A stretch of 64,000 nt of DNA from Thermoanaerobaculia bacterium (GTDB lineage Bacteria; Acidobacteriota; Thermoanaerobaculia; UBA5066). Location of the stretch: positions 1 through 64,000 of the forward strand of contig JBBRRY010000014.1 of NCBI GenBank assembly GCA_038245905.1, given 5' to 3'. The notes below the pieces were generated by a model. It was given only the letters and a program-made list of their open reading frames with translations, made no database searches and was not told the origin of the DNA. How positions within the stretch are numbered: the first letter of the stretch is position 1; the number at the start of each line of letters is the position of its first letter. The position numbers and the translations under genes were made by a program. Shown here one piece after another: positions 30,204-40,784 of this stretch.

Positions 30204-31576
30204 TCGGCTTTGACGTGGAACTTCAGCGAGAGGAGGAGTTTGCTGATGTCTTTGAGGCCCGCGAAATCGACGTCGAATCGCTTTTCGGCACCGAGGGTCG
30301 CGCCCGCCCCGTCACCGAAGGAGAGACCGATGGTGACATGGCGAGTTTTCGCGAGCGTTTCCTTGGAGACCCCGAGATCGAAGGACTGAGCGACGTCTTT
30401 CTTGTGGTTACGCGTCGAACCGAGGAGATCGTCCAGCGAGACGTCGGCGGCGCTCTTGCTCTTCTGGGGGCTGCTATGCGCCGGCCTTTGAGTGGCAACC
30501 TTCCGAAGCTTTTCGAGCTCCGAAAGGATGTCCACGTTCGATCGCACGCGGACGTGTTTCATCGAGGCGGACGAATCAATGGACGTTTCGTTTGCAGGGG
30601 GCTGGATCTCCGCGAAACTCACTTCGCCCGCCGCGTCGTCGCCGGGCTGGAAAGCGGCGTCAAAAGGGGCCGTGACAGGGGGCAGCTCGGCCGACGTCAC
30701 GACGGAAAGCTCGGCCGAGGTGACCGCCGGAGCAAGACGCACTTCGGCCTGTCGCGATTCCTCCCGTGCCGTCTCCTGAAAGCGCCTCAGGCGCGAGATC
30801 GTCGAATCGGGATCCCCGGCCTCCGGAGCCGTGGCGGTTGCCACCGCGGACCCCACGGCCGCCCCTTCGATGGCCATCGCGTCGATGGCCGCGCCGATCC
30901 CGGACGCCGCCGCGTGGGAGGACATCGGGGGCTGGGGCGCGGGAGTCGGCGCGGACGCGACGACGGTGGGGCGCCTCTGCTCGACGGCCATGCGGCCTTT
31001 CAGGGAGCGAAGGGTCAGTTTCGAGATCGCCTTCAGCGTCTCGAAGACGCCGGTGCCGTTCGTGGCCGACGACTCGTACCACTCGATGGAGCGGTCGGCG
31101 TTGAGGGAGTCGTTCATCTCGTCGATCGTGAGGATGTTCGGAAGGTCGCGCTTGTTGTATTGAAGGACGCGGGGCGTGGCGTCGAGAGAGATCCCGATCT
31201 CGGCGAGGTTTTCGCGGAGGTTGCGGAGGCTCTCGACGTTCGGGTCCTTCATGGGCCGCTGGGAATCGGCGACGAAAACGATGCCGTCCACGCCCTTGAG
31301 CACGAGCTTTCGTGTCGTGTTGTAGAAAACCTGTCCCGGAACGGTGTACAGCTGGAGGCGGGTCTTGAAGCCGCCGATGACGCCCACGTCGAGCGGAAGC
31401 AGGTCGAAAAAGAGCGTACGGTCCGTCTCGGTCTCGAGGCACACCATCTCACCGCGTGACGTGGGCGCCGTTCGCCCATAGATCACGTGGAGATTCGTCG
31501 TCTTTCCGCAGAGGCCCGGACCGTAGTACACGATCTTCGCGGCCATCTGCATCGTCGCGTAGTTGAAAAAAACCAT
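30200..31576 (-). CDS. MglA-family small GTPase with long C-terminal extension
   Basis: KIVYYGPGLCGKTTNL, DRTLFFD, LYTVPGQVFY, VFVADSQ, QYNKRD. Confidence 0.85.
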   Translation of the reverse strand: MVFFNYATMQMAAKIVYYGPGLCGKTTNLHVIYGRTAPTSRGEMVCLETETDRTLFFDLLPLDVGVIGGFKTRLQLYTVPGQVFYNTTRKLVLKGVDGIVFVADSQRPMKDPNVESLRNLRENLAEIGISLDATPRVLQYNKRDLPNILTIDEMNDSLNADRSIEWYESSATNGTGVFETLKAISKLTLRSLKGRMAVEQRRPTVVASAPTPAPQPPMSSHAAASGIGAAIDAMAIEGAAVGSAVATATAPEAGDPDSTISRLRRFQETAREESRQAEVRLAPAVTSAELSVVTSAELPPVTAPFDAAFQPGDDAAGEVSFAEIQPPANETSIDSSASMKHVRVRSNVDILSELEKLRKVATQRPAHSSPQKSKSAADVSLDDLLGSTRNHKKDVAQSFDLGVSKETLAKTRHVTIGLSFGDGAGATLGAEKRFDVDFAGLKDISKLLLSLKFHVKAE

Positions 31577-31702
31577 AAAAAAAGGCCCTGCCGACCTCCT
31601 GAGGGGCATGTGATGTTACACCGGGGGTCAATCCCTTTGGTATCATGACGAATCCCGGTGCGGTCTCGGAGCCGGGCGGGGGCGGGAGGGCCTTGCGCCG
31701 CG

Positions 31703-32761
31703 ATGGCTAACGATTTCAAGGGTTTGGACGGACGATCTCGCGAGGTCCTCGCGTCTGTGATCGTCGCATACATCGAGAGCGCCGTGCCCGTGTCGTCGCG
31801 TCAGCTGACGAAAGGCGGAAAGTTCGGTCTCTCCTCGGCTTCGCTGCGCAACGCGATGGCCGACCTCGAGGATCTCGGCTTCCTGACGCATCCGCACGTT
31901 TCGGCGGGCCGCGTGCCGACGGATCTCGGTTATCGCGCGTTCGTCCGCGAGCTGATGCCGACTCTCGAGCCGAGTGAGACCGACCGCGCCCGGATCGCCG
32001 AGGAGCTTTCCCCCGAGCCCTTCGAGACGGAGCGTTTCCTGAAGGCCACATCGCGCGTGCTGTCGCGCCTGACCGGGGAGGTAGCCGTCGTCGCGGTCCC
32101 CGCCTCCATGAGCTTCATTCTCGCGTCCGTGCACTTCACACGTGTGGCCGAACGCAAGATCCTCGTGTCCGAGGTCTCCGACACGGGCCTCGTGGAGAGC
32201 CGTCTGATCGAGACACGCGATGACTTCCCGCAGCAGGAGCTCGACGGCATCTCGAACCGGCTCACGATCGACTTCGCGGGAAGGAGCCTCGGCGAGATCC
32301 GCGTCCTCCTGGTCGCGTCCCTCGGAGAGGAGAAGGTCCGCATGGACCACGCTCTCACGCGGGCCCTCGAGCTCGGGCGTCGGGCCTTTGCCGAATCGCG
32401 GCCGCCGGAAGAAGCTGTGTACCTGGAAGGCACCGAGTCGTTGCTCGAGAAGCCCGAGTTCCGGAACGACCTCGAGGCGCTTCGGCGGATGTTTCGCGCC
32501 TTCGAGGAGAAGGCCCGCCTCGTAAACCTCCTTACGGACTGCGTCAGCTCCGACGGTCTCGCGATCGTCATCGGATCGGAAAACCCCTTGACGGACGAGA
32601 CCGGCAGCGCCGTCGTCTCCGCGCCCTATCGCCGGGGGGACCGCGTGCTCGGAGCTCTCGGCGTGATCGGGCCCCGGCGGATGGAATACGCGCGGGTCGT
32701 CCCGCTCGTAGACGAGCTCTCGCGTTACGTCAGCCGACGGCTCACGGAAGGAGCCGCATGA
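31703..32761 (+). CDS. hrcA: Heat-inducible transcription repressor
   Basis: PVSSR, SSASLRNAMADLEDLG, PHVSAGRVPTDLGYR, IGSEN, GVIGPRRMEY. Confidence 0.93.
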   Translation: MANDFKGLDGRSREVLASVIVAYIESAVPVSSRQLTKGGKFGLSSASLRNAMADLEDLGFLTHPHVSAGRVPTDLGYRAFVRELMPTLEPSETDRARIAEELSPEPFETERFLKATSRVLSRLTGEVAVVAVPASMSFILASVHFTRVAERKILVSEVSDTGLVESRLIETRDDFPQQELDGISNRLTIDFAGRSLGEIRVLLVASLGEEKVRMDHALTRALELGRRAFAESRPPEEAVYLEGTESLLEKPEFRNDLEALRRMFRAFEEKARLVNLLTDCVSSDGLAIVIGSENPLTDETGSAVVSAPYRRGDRVLGALGVIGPRRMEYARVVPLVDELSRYVSRRLTEGAA

Positions 32762-33486
32762 GCGGCCCGCGAAAGCCTCACCGGGAGGAGGAAGACATCA
32801 TCTTCCTCGAGACCGAGAGCCGCGACGACGTCGCGCGCGCGCTCGCGGAGGCCGAGCGTGCCATCGAGGCCGTCGAGGAAAAGCACCGTCGCGTCGAAGA
32901 GGCGCGGCCCGTCGCGATCGCCGAGCCGGATCCCGTGCCTGCGCCCGCTCCCCGAGACCCGCCCACGCCGGATCCGCGCATCGCGGTTCTCGAGGACGAG
33001 GTTGCCAAGGAGCGCGAACGCGCGATCCGTGCCGAAGAGGACGGGGGTCGCGTTCGCGAGGCGCTTCTGCGCAAGTCGGCGGACTTCGACAACCTGAAGC
33101 GCCGCACCGAAAAGGACAAGGCCGACTATTTCCGGTTTGCGCTGGCCGAAGCCTTTACGGACATCCTGAGCGTCGTCGACAATTTCGAGCGCGCTCTCCA
33201 GCACCGTGGCGGCGCGACCGGAGACGAGTTTCACGCGGGAATCGACATGATCGCCCGGCAGCTGGCCGACACGCTCAAGAAGTACGGTGTCGTCGAGGTG
33301 CCGGCGCGCGAGCTCCCGTTCGACCCGAACGTGCACGAGGCCGTCGTCCGCGAGGAGTCCGAGACGGCCGCTCCGGGGACGATTCTCGAGGTTCTCCAGA
33401 AGGGGTACCTGCTTCACGACCGCTTGCTCCGGCCCGCCCGTGTGAAAGTCGCGGCGAGCCCGGCGGTCCGGGACTCGAAGAGATGA
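32758..33486 (+). CDS. grpE: Nucleotide exchange factor GrpE
   Basis: ADFDNLKRR, VVDNFERAL, FDPNVHEAV, QKGYLLHDRLLRPARV. Confidence 0.95.
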   Translation: MSGPRKPHREEEDIIFLETESRDDVARALAEAERAIEAVEEKHRRVEEARPVAIAEPDPVPAPAPRDPPTPDPRIAVLEDEVAKERERAIRAEEDGGRVREALLRKSADFDNLKRRTEKDKADYFRFALAEAFTDILSVVDNFERALQHRGGATGDEFHAGIDMIARQLADTLKKYGVVEVPARELPFDPNVHEAVVREESETAAPGTILEVLQKGYLLHDRLLRPARVKVAASPAVRDSKR

Positions 33487-33501
33487 ACGAGGAGGCGCCA
33501 A

Positions 33502-35352
33502 TTGGGTAAGATTCTCGGCATCGATCTCGGGACGACGAACTCCTGTGTCGCAGTCGTCGAGGTCGGTTCGCCGCAGGTCGTTCCGAATCGCGAAGGAGCG
33601 CGGACGACGCCGTCGATCGTCGGCTTCACGGAGGACGGAGAGCGGCTCGTGGGCCAGATCGCGAAGCGCCAGGCGATCACGAACCCCACGCAGACGATCT
33701 ACGCCGTGAAGCGGCTCGTCGGCCGCAAAATGACGGACGCCGAAGTGAAGCACGCGCGCGAGCACCTGTCGTATGCGCTCGTGGAGGCGCCAAACGGCGA
33801 CGTGAAGATCCGCGTCCGCGACCGGGACTACTCGCCTGAGGAGATTTCATCGTTCACGCTGCGTGAAATCAAGGAGTTCTGCGAAGAAGCGCTCGGTGAA
33901 GAGATCAAGGAAGCGATCATCACGGTCCCCGCGTACTTCGACGACTCGCAGCGGCAGGCCACACGCGATGCGGGCCGTCTCGCGGGCCTCGAGGTCCTGC
34001 GCATCATCAACGAGCCCACGGCGGCCGCGCTCGCGTACGGGCTCGAGAAGAACCGGAAGCAGGAGACGATCGCGGTCTACGACCTCGGAGGCGGCACGTT
34101 CGACATCTCGATCCTCCGGATCGACAACGGCATGTTCGAGGTCCTCGCGACCTCGGGGGACACGTTTCTCGGCGGAGAGGACTTCGACCGGGTGATCATG
34201 GACTGGCTGCTCGCCGAATTCCTGACGCAGACTGGTATCGACCTGAGACAGGACCGCCTCGCGCTCCAGCGGCTCAAGGAGGCCGCCGAGAAGGCGAAGT
34301 GCGAATTGTCGACCGCGCTCGAGACGATGGTCGCACTTCCGTTCATCGCGTCCGACGCCTCGGGTCCGAAGCACATCAACAAGCTCCTGACGCGCGACAC
34401 GTTCGAGGCGCTCGCGGCTGACCTCATCCAGCGGACCGAGGGTCCGTGCCGGAATGCGCTCGAGGCGGCCGGCCTCAAGCCCGAGCAGGTCGACACGATC
34501 ATCCTCGTCGGCGGCCAGACGCGGACCCCGAAGGTCCAGCAGATGGTCGAGACGATTTTCGGAAAGCCGCCGAACCGCTCCATCAACCCCGACGAAGTGG
34601 TCGCGGTGGGTGCCGCGATTCAAGCGGGAGTCCTGCGCGGCGACATCAAGGACCTCGTTCTTCTCGACGTGACGCCTCTGTCGCTCGGCCTCGAGACGCA
34701 CGGCGGCATCTTCGTCAAGCTCATCGAGCGCAACTCCACGATCCCGACGAAGAACACCCAGATCTTCACGACCGTGGCCGACAACCAGACGACGGTCGAG
34801 ATCCACGTCCTGCAGGGCGAGCGCGACATCGCCAAGGAGAACAAGTCCCTCGGCAAGTTCCAGCTCGTCGGCATTCCGGCGGCGGCGAAGGGTGTGCCCC
34901 AGGTCGAGCTCACCTTCGCGATCGACTCGTCAGGAATCGTGAACGTCTCGGCAAAGGATCTGGCGACCGGCAAGGCGCAGGGTCTTCAGATCAGTCCCGC
35001 GGGCGGCCTCTCGCAGGCGGAGATCGAGAAGATCATCGAGGAGGCAACGGCAAACAAGGCGGCAGATACGAAGCGCAAAGAGCTTCGCCAGCTGAAAAAC
35101 AAGCTCGAAGGGATGATCGGGGGAAACGACCGGATCTTCCGCGAATTCGGCAACCTCCTCCAGCCCGAAGAGAAGGATCGCGTCCAACGCACTCTCGAGA
35201 ACGCTCGCGAAGTGATGACGGGGGATGACCGGGGGCCCATCGACGACGCGATGATCGACATGAAAGGCGTTTCGCGCATTCTCACGCAGGCGATGCTCTA
35301 CAAGCCCGAGTCCAAGGAGCGCCGGGGCGACGGTGCGGAGAAACCGGCCTGA
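33502..35352 (+). CDS. dnaK: Molecular chaperone DnaK
   Basis: [41 protein letters not shown]; TTG start after GAGGAGG. Confidence 0.95.
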   Translation: MGKILGIDLGTTNSCVAVVEVGSPQVVPNREGARTTPSIVGFTEDGERLVGQIAKRQAITNPTQTIYAVKRLVGRKMTDAEVKHAREHLSYALVEAPNGDVKIRVRDRDYSPEEISSFTLREIKEFCEEALGEEIKEAIITVPAYFDDSQRQATRDAGRLAGLEVLRIINEPTAAALAYGLEKNRKQETIAVYDLGGGTFDISILRIDNGMFEVLATSGDTFLGGEDFDRVIMDWLLAEFLTQTGIDLRQDRLALQRLKEAAEKAKCELSTALETMVALPFIASDASGPKHINKLLTRDTFEALAADLIQRTEGPCRNALEAAGLKPEQVDTIILVGGQTRTPKVQQMVETIFGKPPNRSINPDEVVAVGAAIQAGVLRGDIKDLVLLDVTPLSLGLETHGGIFVKLIERNSTIPTKNTQIFTTVADNQTTVEIHVLQGERDIAKENKSLGKFQLVGIPAAAKGVPQVELTFAIDSSGIVNVSAKDLATGKAQGLQISPAGGLSQAEIEKIIEEATANKAADTKRKELRQLKNKLEGMIGGNDRIFREFGNLLQPEEKDRVQRTLENAREVMTGDDRGPIDDAMIDMKGVSRILTQAMLYKPESKERRGDGAEKPA

Positions 35353-35375
35353 AGTCGGTTCCTGGCCAGTAAACC

Positions 35376-36500
35376 GTGAGTGCATCCGTTCGCGATTACT
35401 ACGAAGTTCTCGGTGTGGGACGAAACGCGTCCCCCGAGGAGATCAAGGGCGCCTACCGGAAGGCGGCGCTGCAGCACCATCCCGACAAGAACCCGGGCGA
35501 CACGCGCGCCGAGGACAAGTTCAAGGAGGCCGCGGAGGCTTACTCGGTCCTTTCCGATCCCGATAAGCGCGCGCGTTTCGACCGCTTCGGAGTCGAAGGC
35601 GTGCGCGGCGCGGGCGGGGGGACTGGCTTCGACCCGACTCAGTTCGTGGACTTCGCCGACATCCTCGGAGACCTGTTCGGTTTCGCTTCGGGCGGCGACA
35701 CGCGCGCGTCCCGGCGTACGGGCGAGGACCTGAAAGCCGACGTGACACTGTCCTTTGAGGACGCCGCCTTCGGCTCTGAAGTCTCGGTTCCGATCCAGCG
35801 ATACGAGCGCTGCGACGCGTGCCGAGGCCAAGGTGGGCGCGGCGGAGCCGTGCCGCTGACCTGCCCAACGTGCCGGGGCCAGGGCCGCGTCCAATACAGG
35901 CAGGGGTTCTTCGCGGTCGCGCGCCCATGCCCCGACTGCGGAGGCTCGGGCGAGCGAGTCAAGGACCCGTGCCCGGACTGTCGCGGTGACGGGCGCACGC
36001 GCCACGCGCGAACGTTGACGGTGGCGATTCCGCCCGGCGTGGACGAGGGCGCGCGGCTGCGCCTCACGGGTGAGGGAAACGCGGGCCGGCGGGACGGGCG
36101 CCCCGGCGATCTCTACGTCTTCATCTCGGTGATGTCGCACGAGCAGTTTCGGCGTGATGGCTTCGACGTCGTGCTCACGTGGGCCATCCCGTTCCACGTC
36201 GCGGCTCTCGGGGGGACGCTCCGCGTGCCGACGCTGCACGGCGACGCGACGTTCGACGTGCCTTCCGGTACCGCGGCGGGCCGCGTCTTCACGCTCAAGG
36301 GCAAGGGAGTCCCGCGCCTAGACGGCCGCGGGAAGGGTGACCAGCACGTCCTCCTGACGGTCCGGGTGCCGAAGAAGATGACGCACGCGCAGAAAGAGGC
36401 CGTCGAGAAGCTCGCGGAAGCGTTCGGGTCGGAGTCGGGAACGCCCACGAAAGACGAAAGAGGATTCTTCGAAAGGTTGAAGGATTTTCTTGGTTCCTAG
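35376..36500 (+). CDS. dnaJ: Chaperone DnaJ
   Basis: J-domain HPD, four CxxCxGxG repeats. Confidence 0.95.
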   Translation: MSASVRDYYEVLGVGRNASPEEIKGAYRKAALQHHPDKNPGDTRAEDKFKEAAEAYSVLSDPDKRARFDRFGVEGVRGAGGGTGFDPTQFVDFADILGDLFGFASGGDTRASRRTGEDLKADVTLSFEDAAFGSEVSVPIQRYERCDACRGQGGRGGAVPLTCPTCRGQGRVQYRQGFFAVARPCPDCGGSGERVKDPCPDCRGDGRTRHARTLTVAIPPGVDEGARLRLTGEGNAGRRDGRPGDLYVFISVMSHEQFRRDGFDVVLTWAIPFHVAALGGTLRVPTLHGDATFDVPSGTAAGRVFTLKGKGVPRLDGRGKGDQHVLLTVRVPKKMTHAQKEAVEKLAEAFGSESGTPTKDERGFFERLKDFLGS

Positions 36501-37344
36501 CGGCACGGCCGTCCGCATCGAGGTGCCGGCGGCGCTCGCCGAGAGGATCGAAGAGCCAGAAGGGGATTTCTTAGACGGATTAGGAGGCCTGGAGTTCTCG
36601 TCCACGGTCTCGACGGACGGCAACGTCCTGATCTGGGTTGACTCCGTAGACCGGGCGGAGGCTCTCGCGAGGCTCGCCGCGATCGGACTTCCCGGCCTTT
36701 CCACCTTCGAAGAAATCCCCCGGGACTGGGTGGCCGAGTCGGCTGCTTTGAGGAGAGCGGTCCTCGTGGAGCGATATCTCTTCGATCCCCACGACGGCGA
36801 CTTGGCTTCAGCCGTGCCGCCCGGCGTGCGGCGTCTCCATCTCCCCGCCGTCCGGGCCTTCGGGACGGGCTCGCACGAGTCCACGCGCCTCGCCGTGCGC
36901 CTCCTTCTCGCCCTTGACCTCCGCGGGGCGCGCGTCCTCGATGTCGGCTGCGGCACCGGAACGCTGGCTTTCGTGGCCGCGCTCGAAGGCGCACGCCACG
37001 TCATCGCGTTCGACCTCGACCCCTATGCCGCGTTCGCGACGCGCGAGCAGGCGCGCGCGAACGGCATCCTCGGCGTTTCGGCATTCGCGGGGCCTCTCGA
37101 CGCGCTCGCGGCGAAAACCCGCTTCGACGTCGTCGTCGCGAACATGATTCAGGAAGAGGTCGCGCCTCTGCTCCCGGCGATCCACGATCGCCTCGCGCCG
37201 AGCGGCCGGCTGCTGTGCTCGGGGCAGCTCGTGGAGAGGGAGGAAGACTTCCGATATTTGCTTCGGAAGACAGGCTTCCGGCCGGTCCGTTCGCTTCGAG
37301 AAAACGAGTGGTTCGGGTCAGCCTGGATTTCTTCGAATGGCTGA
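36490..37344 (+). CDS. prmA: Ribosomal protein L11 methyltransferase
   Basis: [28 protein letters not shown]; canonical position after dnaJ. Confidence 0.85.
   Translation: MVPSGTAVRIEVPAALAERIEEPEGDFLDGLGGLEFSSTVSTDGNVLIWVDSVDRAEALARLAAIGLPGLSTFEEIPRDWVAESAALRRAVLVERYLFDPHDGDLASAVPPGVRRLHLPAVRAFGTGSHESTRLAVRLLLALDLRGARVLDVGCGTGTLAFVAALEGARHVIAFDLDPYAAFATREQARANGILGVSAFAGPLDALAAKTRFDVVVANMIQEEVAPLLPAIHDRLAPSGRLLCSGQLVEREEDFRYLLRKTGFRPVRSLRENEWFGSAWISSNG
36565..36717. repeat. Dispersed motif, convergent pair in prmA
   Basis: + GATTTCTTAGACGG 36565-36578; - CCTTCGAAGAAATC 36704-36717. Confidence 0.55.
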
Positions 37345-38107
37345 GGACACTCTCTCTCGTCCGCCGCGCGTCTACGTGCCGGATCTCGCGGAGTTCCTGG
37401 GGAGCTCCGACGAGAACCTGAAGATTTCTTTGAAGGTGGAAGAGCGAGATCACGTCCGCTCGAGGCGCCTCACGGATGGCGACGAAGTCGTCGCGCTCGA
37501 CGGAAAGGGCCTTCGGCTGCGCGCGACGCTGACTCGCAGCGGCTCGGCCTTGGCCCTCTTACCATTTAGGCAAATCTCCTCTTCCTCTGTTGTTTCTTCT
37601 TCTCTCCCCGGCGAGCCCGCGAATCGCGTGACCGTGCTGCTCGCGTGCGCGGAGCCCGCGCGGGTCGAATGGGCAATCGAGAAGGGCACGGAGTGCGGCG
37701 CGGCCGGCTTCGTGCTGCTGGACGCCGAGCGCTCCCAGCGTGCGCACGTTGCGGCGCTCTCGTCGCCTGCGCGGCTCGAGCGTCTCCGCCGCATCGCGGT
37801 CGAGGCAACGAAGCAGTGCGACCGAACTCTCGTGCCGGTCGTGGAGGGTCCGAAGAGCACGAAAGAGTTTCTTAGAGGGGGAAGAGGGAAGGAGACGCTG
37901 TTCGTAGCGGACCCCGCGGGTGCGCCGATGGGCTCGTTCGCGCCAGAAGCCGCGACGGTCGCCATCGGCCCCGAGGGAGGATTCGCTCCGTCCGAACTCT
38001 CTCAATTCAAAGAAAATCATTCTTTTGTTCTCTCTCTCGGTCCCCGCATCCTCCGCCTCGAAACGGCCGTGGTCGTGGCGCTCACGCGGTTGGTCGATCC
38101 CGGCTGA
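37337..38107 (+). CDS. rsmE: 16S rRNA m3U1498 methyltransferase
   Basis: IEKGTECG, EATKQC, IGPEGGF, SLGPRILRLETA. Confidence 0.9.
   Translation: MAEDTLSRPPRVYVPDLAEFLGSSDENLKISLKVEERDHVRSRRLTDGDEVVALDGKGLRLRATLTRSGSALALLPFRQISSSSVVSSSLPGEPANRVTVLLACAEPARVEWAIEKGTECGAAGFVLLDAERSQRAHVAALSSPARLERLRRIAVEATKQCDRTLVPVVEGPKSTKEFLRGGRGKETLFVADPAGAPMGSFAPEAATVAIGPEGGFAPSELSQFKENHSFVLSLGPRILRLETAVVVALTRLVDPG
37423..37576. repeat. Dispersed motif, convergent pair in rsmE (1)
   Basis: + GATTTCTTTGAAGG 37423-37436; - CCATTTAGGCAAATC 37562-37576 followed by long CT-rich tract. Confidence 0.5.
37865..38018. repeat. Dispersed motif, convergent pair in rsmE (2)
   Basis: + GAGTTTCTTAGAGGG 37865-37879; - TTCAAAGAAAATC 38006-38018 followed by CT-rich tract. 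Confidence 0.55.
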
Positions 38108-38167
38108 GATCGCCGCCGGATCGGGCGGCTCGTTTCGGTTAGCATCCCCCCGAAGACGGAGGACGCG

Positions 38168-39115
38168 ATGAGCTTCGAAAACGTCAAGAAGGTCTGGATG
38201 AACGGGAAGCTGATCGACTTCGCGGACGCGAAGATACACATCTTCACCCACGCCCTGCACTACGGGTCTGGCGTCTTCGAAGGGGAGCGCTGCTACAACA
38301 CGGCGCGCGGGCCCGCGATCTTCCGCCTCGACGATCACCTCGACCGCCTCTTCTGGTCCGCGAAAATCTACCGGATGGTGATTCCGTACGCGATCGACCA
38401 GCTCCGGGAGGCGACGCTCGAGGTCGTGCGCGCGAACGACTTCAAGGCGTGTTACATCCGGCCCCTCGTCTACCGCGGCTACGGCGCGCTCGGAGTCAAC
38501 CCGTTCCCGAACCCCGTGGACGTGGCGATCGGCTGCTACGAGTGGGGAAAGTATCTCGGCGCGGACGCCCTCGAGCAGGGAGTCGACACGTGCTGCTCGT
38601 CCTGGATGCGCATCGCGCCGAACACGATGCCCGCCATGGCGAAGGCCACCGCGAACTACGCGAACAGCCAGCTCATCAAGATGGAAGCGATCACGAACGG
38701 CTATCACGAGGGGATTGCGCTCGATCACAACGGGCGCATCTCCGAGGGCTCTGGCGAAAATCTCTTCCTCGTCTGGAAGGGCCGCCTCTACACGCCGCCG
38801 CTCTCGGCCTCGACGCTGCCCGGCATCACGCGCCTGTCCGTGATCCAGCTCGCGCGCGAGCTGGATTTCCAGATGGAAGAGAAGACGATTCCGCGCGAGA
38901 TGATCTACGCGGCCGACGAGATGTTCTTCACCGGTACGGCCGCCGAAATCACGCCGATCCGCTCCGTGGACCGGATTCCGGTCGGGAACGGCAAACGCGG
39001 TCCGATGACGGAGGCTTTGCAGAAGGCCTTCTTCGACATCGTCGAGGGCCGGGTGGACGACCGATACGGCTGGCTGACGCCGGTCTATTCGGCGGTACCC
39101 ACCGTCTCGCGGTAG
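38168..39115 (+). CDS. ilvE: Branched-chain amino acid aminotransferase
   Basis: HALHYGSGVFEG, YIRPL, AKATANY, SEGSGENLF, LPGITR, FTGTAAE. Confidence 0.95.
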   Translation: MSFENVKKVWMNGKLIDFADAKIHIFTHALHYGSGVFEGERCYNTARGPAIFRLDDHLDRLFWSAKIYRMVIPYAIDQLREATLEVVRANDFKACYIRPLVYRGYGALGVNPFPNPVDVAIGCYEWGKYLGADALEQGVDTCCSSWMRIAPNTMPAMAKATANYANSQLIKMEAITNGYHEGIALDHNGRISEGSGENLFLVWKGRLYTPPLSASTLPGITRLSVIQLARELDFQMEEKTIPREMIYAADEMFFTGTAAEITPIRSVDRIPVGNGKRGPMTEALQKAFFDIVEGRVDDRYGWLTPVYSAVPTVSR

Positions 39116-39124
39116 GTCGTTCCC

Positions 39125-39901
39125 TCACGCACGCCTTCGCGTCGCGATCAGCTCGGCCACGATCGCGATCGCGATCTCCTCGGGGGACTCGGCCCCGATG
39201 TCGAGGCCGATGGGATTCTTCGCGCGGCCCAGCTCGTCTTCCGTGAAGCCCTCGTTCCGCAGCTCGTCGAAGAGGGCCTTACGCTTGGCCTTGCTGCCGA
39301 TCATGCCGAGATACGCGACGGGCGCGTGACGGAGGCGGCGGAACGCGAGGCCGTCCGTCACGTGCCCGCGAGAGACGATGGCCACGAAGTCCTTCGAATC
39401 CGGGAGCGGCAGGTCCGCATAGTCGTCCCCGACGTGGACGAGCCGGGCGCCGGGCGGGAAGGCGGCGGGGTCGAGCTGCTCCTCCCGCTCGTCCGCGACG
39501 GTGACTTCGTACCCGCTGAACGCCGCGGCGCGGGCCAGCGCGCGTCCGCAGTGGCCGGCACCCACCACGAGAAGGCGGGGCGCGCGCTCGACGATCTCGA
39601 GAAGAACGGACGCGCTCCCGCCGCAGACCGCGCCGAACGTGTTCTCACCTGTCGGGACGAACGGATAATCGCGCGTGAACGGGAGGCCGTGGGCCAGGAG
39701 CAGCTTCTTCGCGTCGGCGATGACGAGCGACTCGAACTTGCCGCCTCCGATCGTCCCCTCGGTTGCCCCGTCGGGCAGGACGAGCATCCGTGCCGTCGTC
39801 TCCCGGGGCGTGGAGCCCACGGCGGAGACGACCGTCGCCATCGCGAGCCGGCCGTGGCGCTCGAGGAGTCGCGGGAGCTCTACGAAGAATTGATGGCTCA
39901 T
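39125..39901 (-). CDS. xdhC: XdhC/CoxF family molybdoenzyme maturation chaperone
   Basis: GSTPR, GTIGGG, CGG, GAGH, YLGMIGS, PIGLDIGAESPEEIA. Confidence 0.88.
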   Translation of the reverse strand: MSHQFFVELPRLLERHGRLAMATVVSAVGSTPRETTARMLVLPDGATEGTIGGGKFESLVIADAKKLLLAHGLPFTRDYPFVPTGENTFGAVCGGSASVLLEIVERAPRLLVVGAGHCGRALARAAAFSGYEVTVADEREEQLDPAAFPPGARLVHVGDDYADLPLPDSKDFVAIVSRGHVTDGLAFRRLRHAPVAYLGMIGSKAKRKALFDELRNEGFTEDELGRAKNPIGLDIGAESPEEIAIAIVAELIATRRRA

Positions 39902-40539
39902 GTGAGGAGATCCTCGGCCCTGTCGACGTCGTGGAGGATGGACTCGTCGAAGCCCTCGAGGTGCAGCACCTTCACGTCGGGCTCGGCGAAGAGGCGGTTT
40001 AGCCGCGCGGAGTCGGGCCACGAGAGGAGCCGCGCGCGCAGCGCCTCGGGGATCACGAGCGGGTGGCCGCGGCGGCGGGCGTGGGTGGGGACGACGACCG
40101 TCGTCTGGCTCGCTTCGACAGAACGCGCCGCGTCCAGAACCGTTCGGAGAGAAGATTTGCTTAGAAAGGGAAGATCGGCGGGGGAGATCGCGAAGTGCGT
40201 CGAAACGGGGCTCGCTGTGGCAAGGCCTGCCTTCACGGATGTGAACATCCCGTTCGGCCAGTTCACGTTCTCGACGAATCGCGGGGACGGAGCGGCTGAT
40301 CCGTCCCCCGATACCCTTCTAAGCAGGTTCTCTTCGATCGTGGCTCGAATGTCGGCGGCGCCGCATCCGAGGACAATGAGCAAATCGTCTATTCCCGCTT
40401 CCAGCCACGTCTCACAGACTTTCTGAAGCAATGGCTTCCTGTCATTGCCGACCGGAGCGAGCATCTTCGGCGAGCCGAAGCGCGAAGAGGCGCCGGCCGC
40501 GAGGAGCACTCCGGAGACGAAGGCTTTAGGTCCGCTCAG
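39898..40539 (-). CDS. MocA-like molybdenum cofactor cytidylyltransferase
   Basis: VLLAAGASSRFGSPK, GMFTSVKAG, ADLP, RGHP, DVD; likely CTG start overlapping the upstream TGA. Confidence 0.8.
   Translation of the reverse strand: MSGPKAFVSGVLLAAGASSRFGSPKMLAPVGNDRKPLLQKVCETWLEAGIDDLLIVLGCGAADIRATIEENLLRRVSGDGSAAPSPRFVENVNWPNGMFTSVKAGLATASPVSTHFAISPADLPFLSKSSLRTVLDAARSVEASQTTVVVPTHARRRGHPLVIPEALRARLLSWPDSARLNRLFAEPDVKVLHLEGFDESILHDVDRAEDLLT
40154..40332. repeat. Dispersed motif, convergent pair in the mocA-like gene
   Basis: + GATTTGCTTAGAAAGG 40154-40169; - CCCTTCTAAGCAGGTTCTC 40314-40332. Confidence 0.6.
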
Positions 40540-40784
40540 TCTTCGCCCTCGAAGCACGCGCGACCGGCTCGGCAGTCGTCGAGGAACGCGGGCTGGCCGT
40601 CCGGGCCGACGGGCCCCATGACCTGCAGGCACCAGTACGCGGCCGACGTCGAGGGGTGCTCGCGGGCGTGATCCTCCCAGTTACCCGTCGCGACGAACAT
40701 CGTTTTCGTGCGCAGGTGGCGGCAGCACAGCGCCGGGTCGAGCGTGACGGCGTCCGAGCCGCCGAGTCCGTCTTGCGCGCTCAT
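40536..40784 (-). CDS. Small Cys-rich hypothetical protein
   Basis: 82 aa; ATGA overlap with the upstream gene, GGAGG SD; CCRHLRTK..YWC..GPDG..CRAGRAC. Confidence 0.7.
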   Translation of the reverse strand: MSAQDGLGGSDAVTLDPALCCRHLRTKTMFVATGNWEDHAREHPSTSAAYWCLQVMGPVGPDGQPAFLDDCRAGRACFEGED

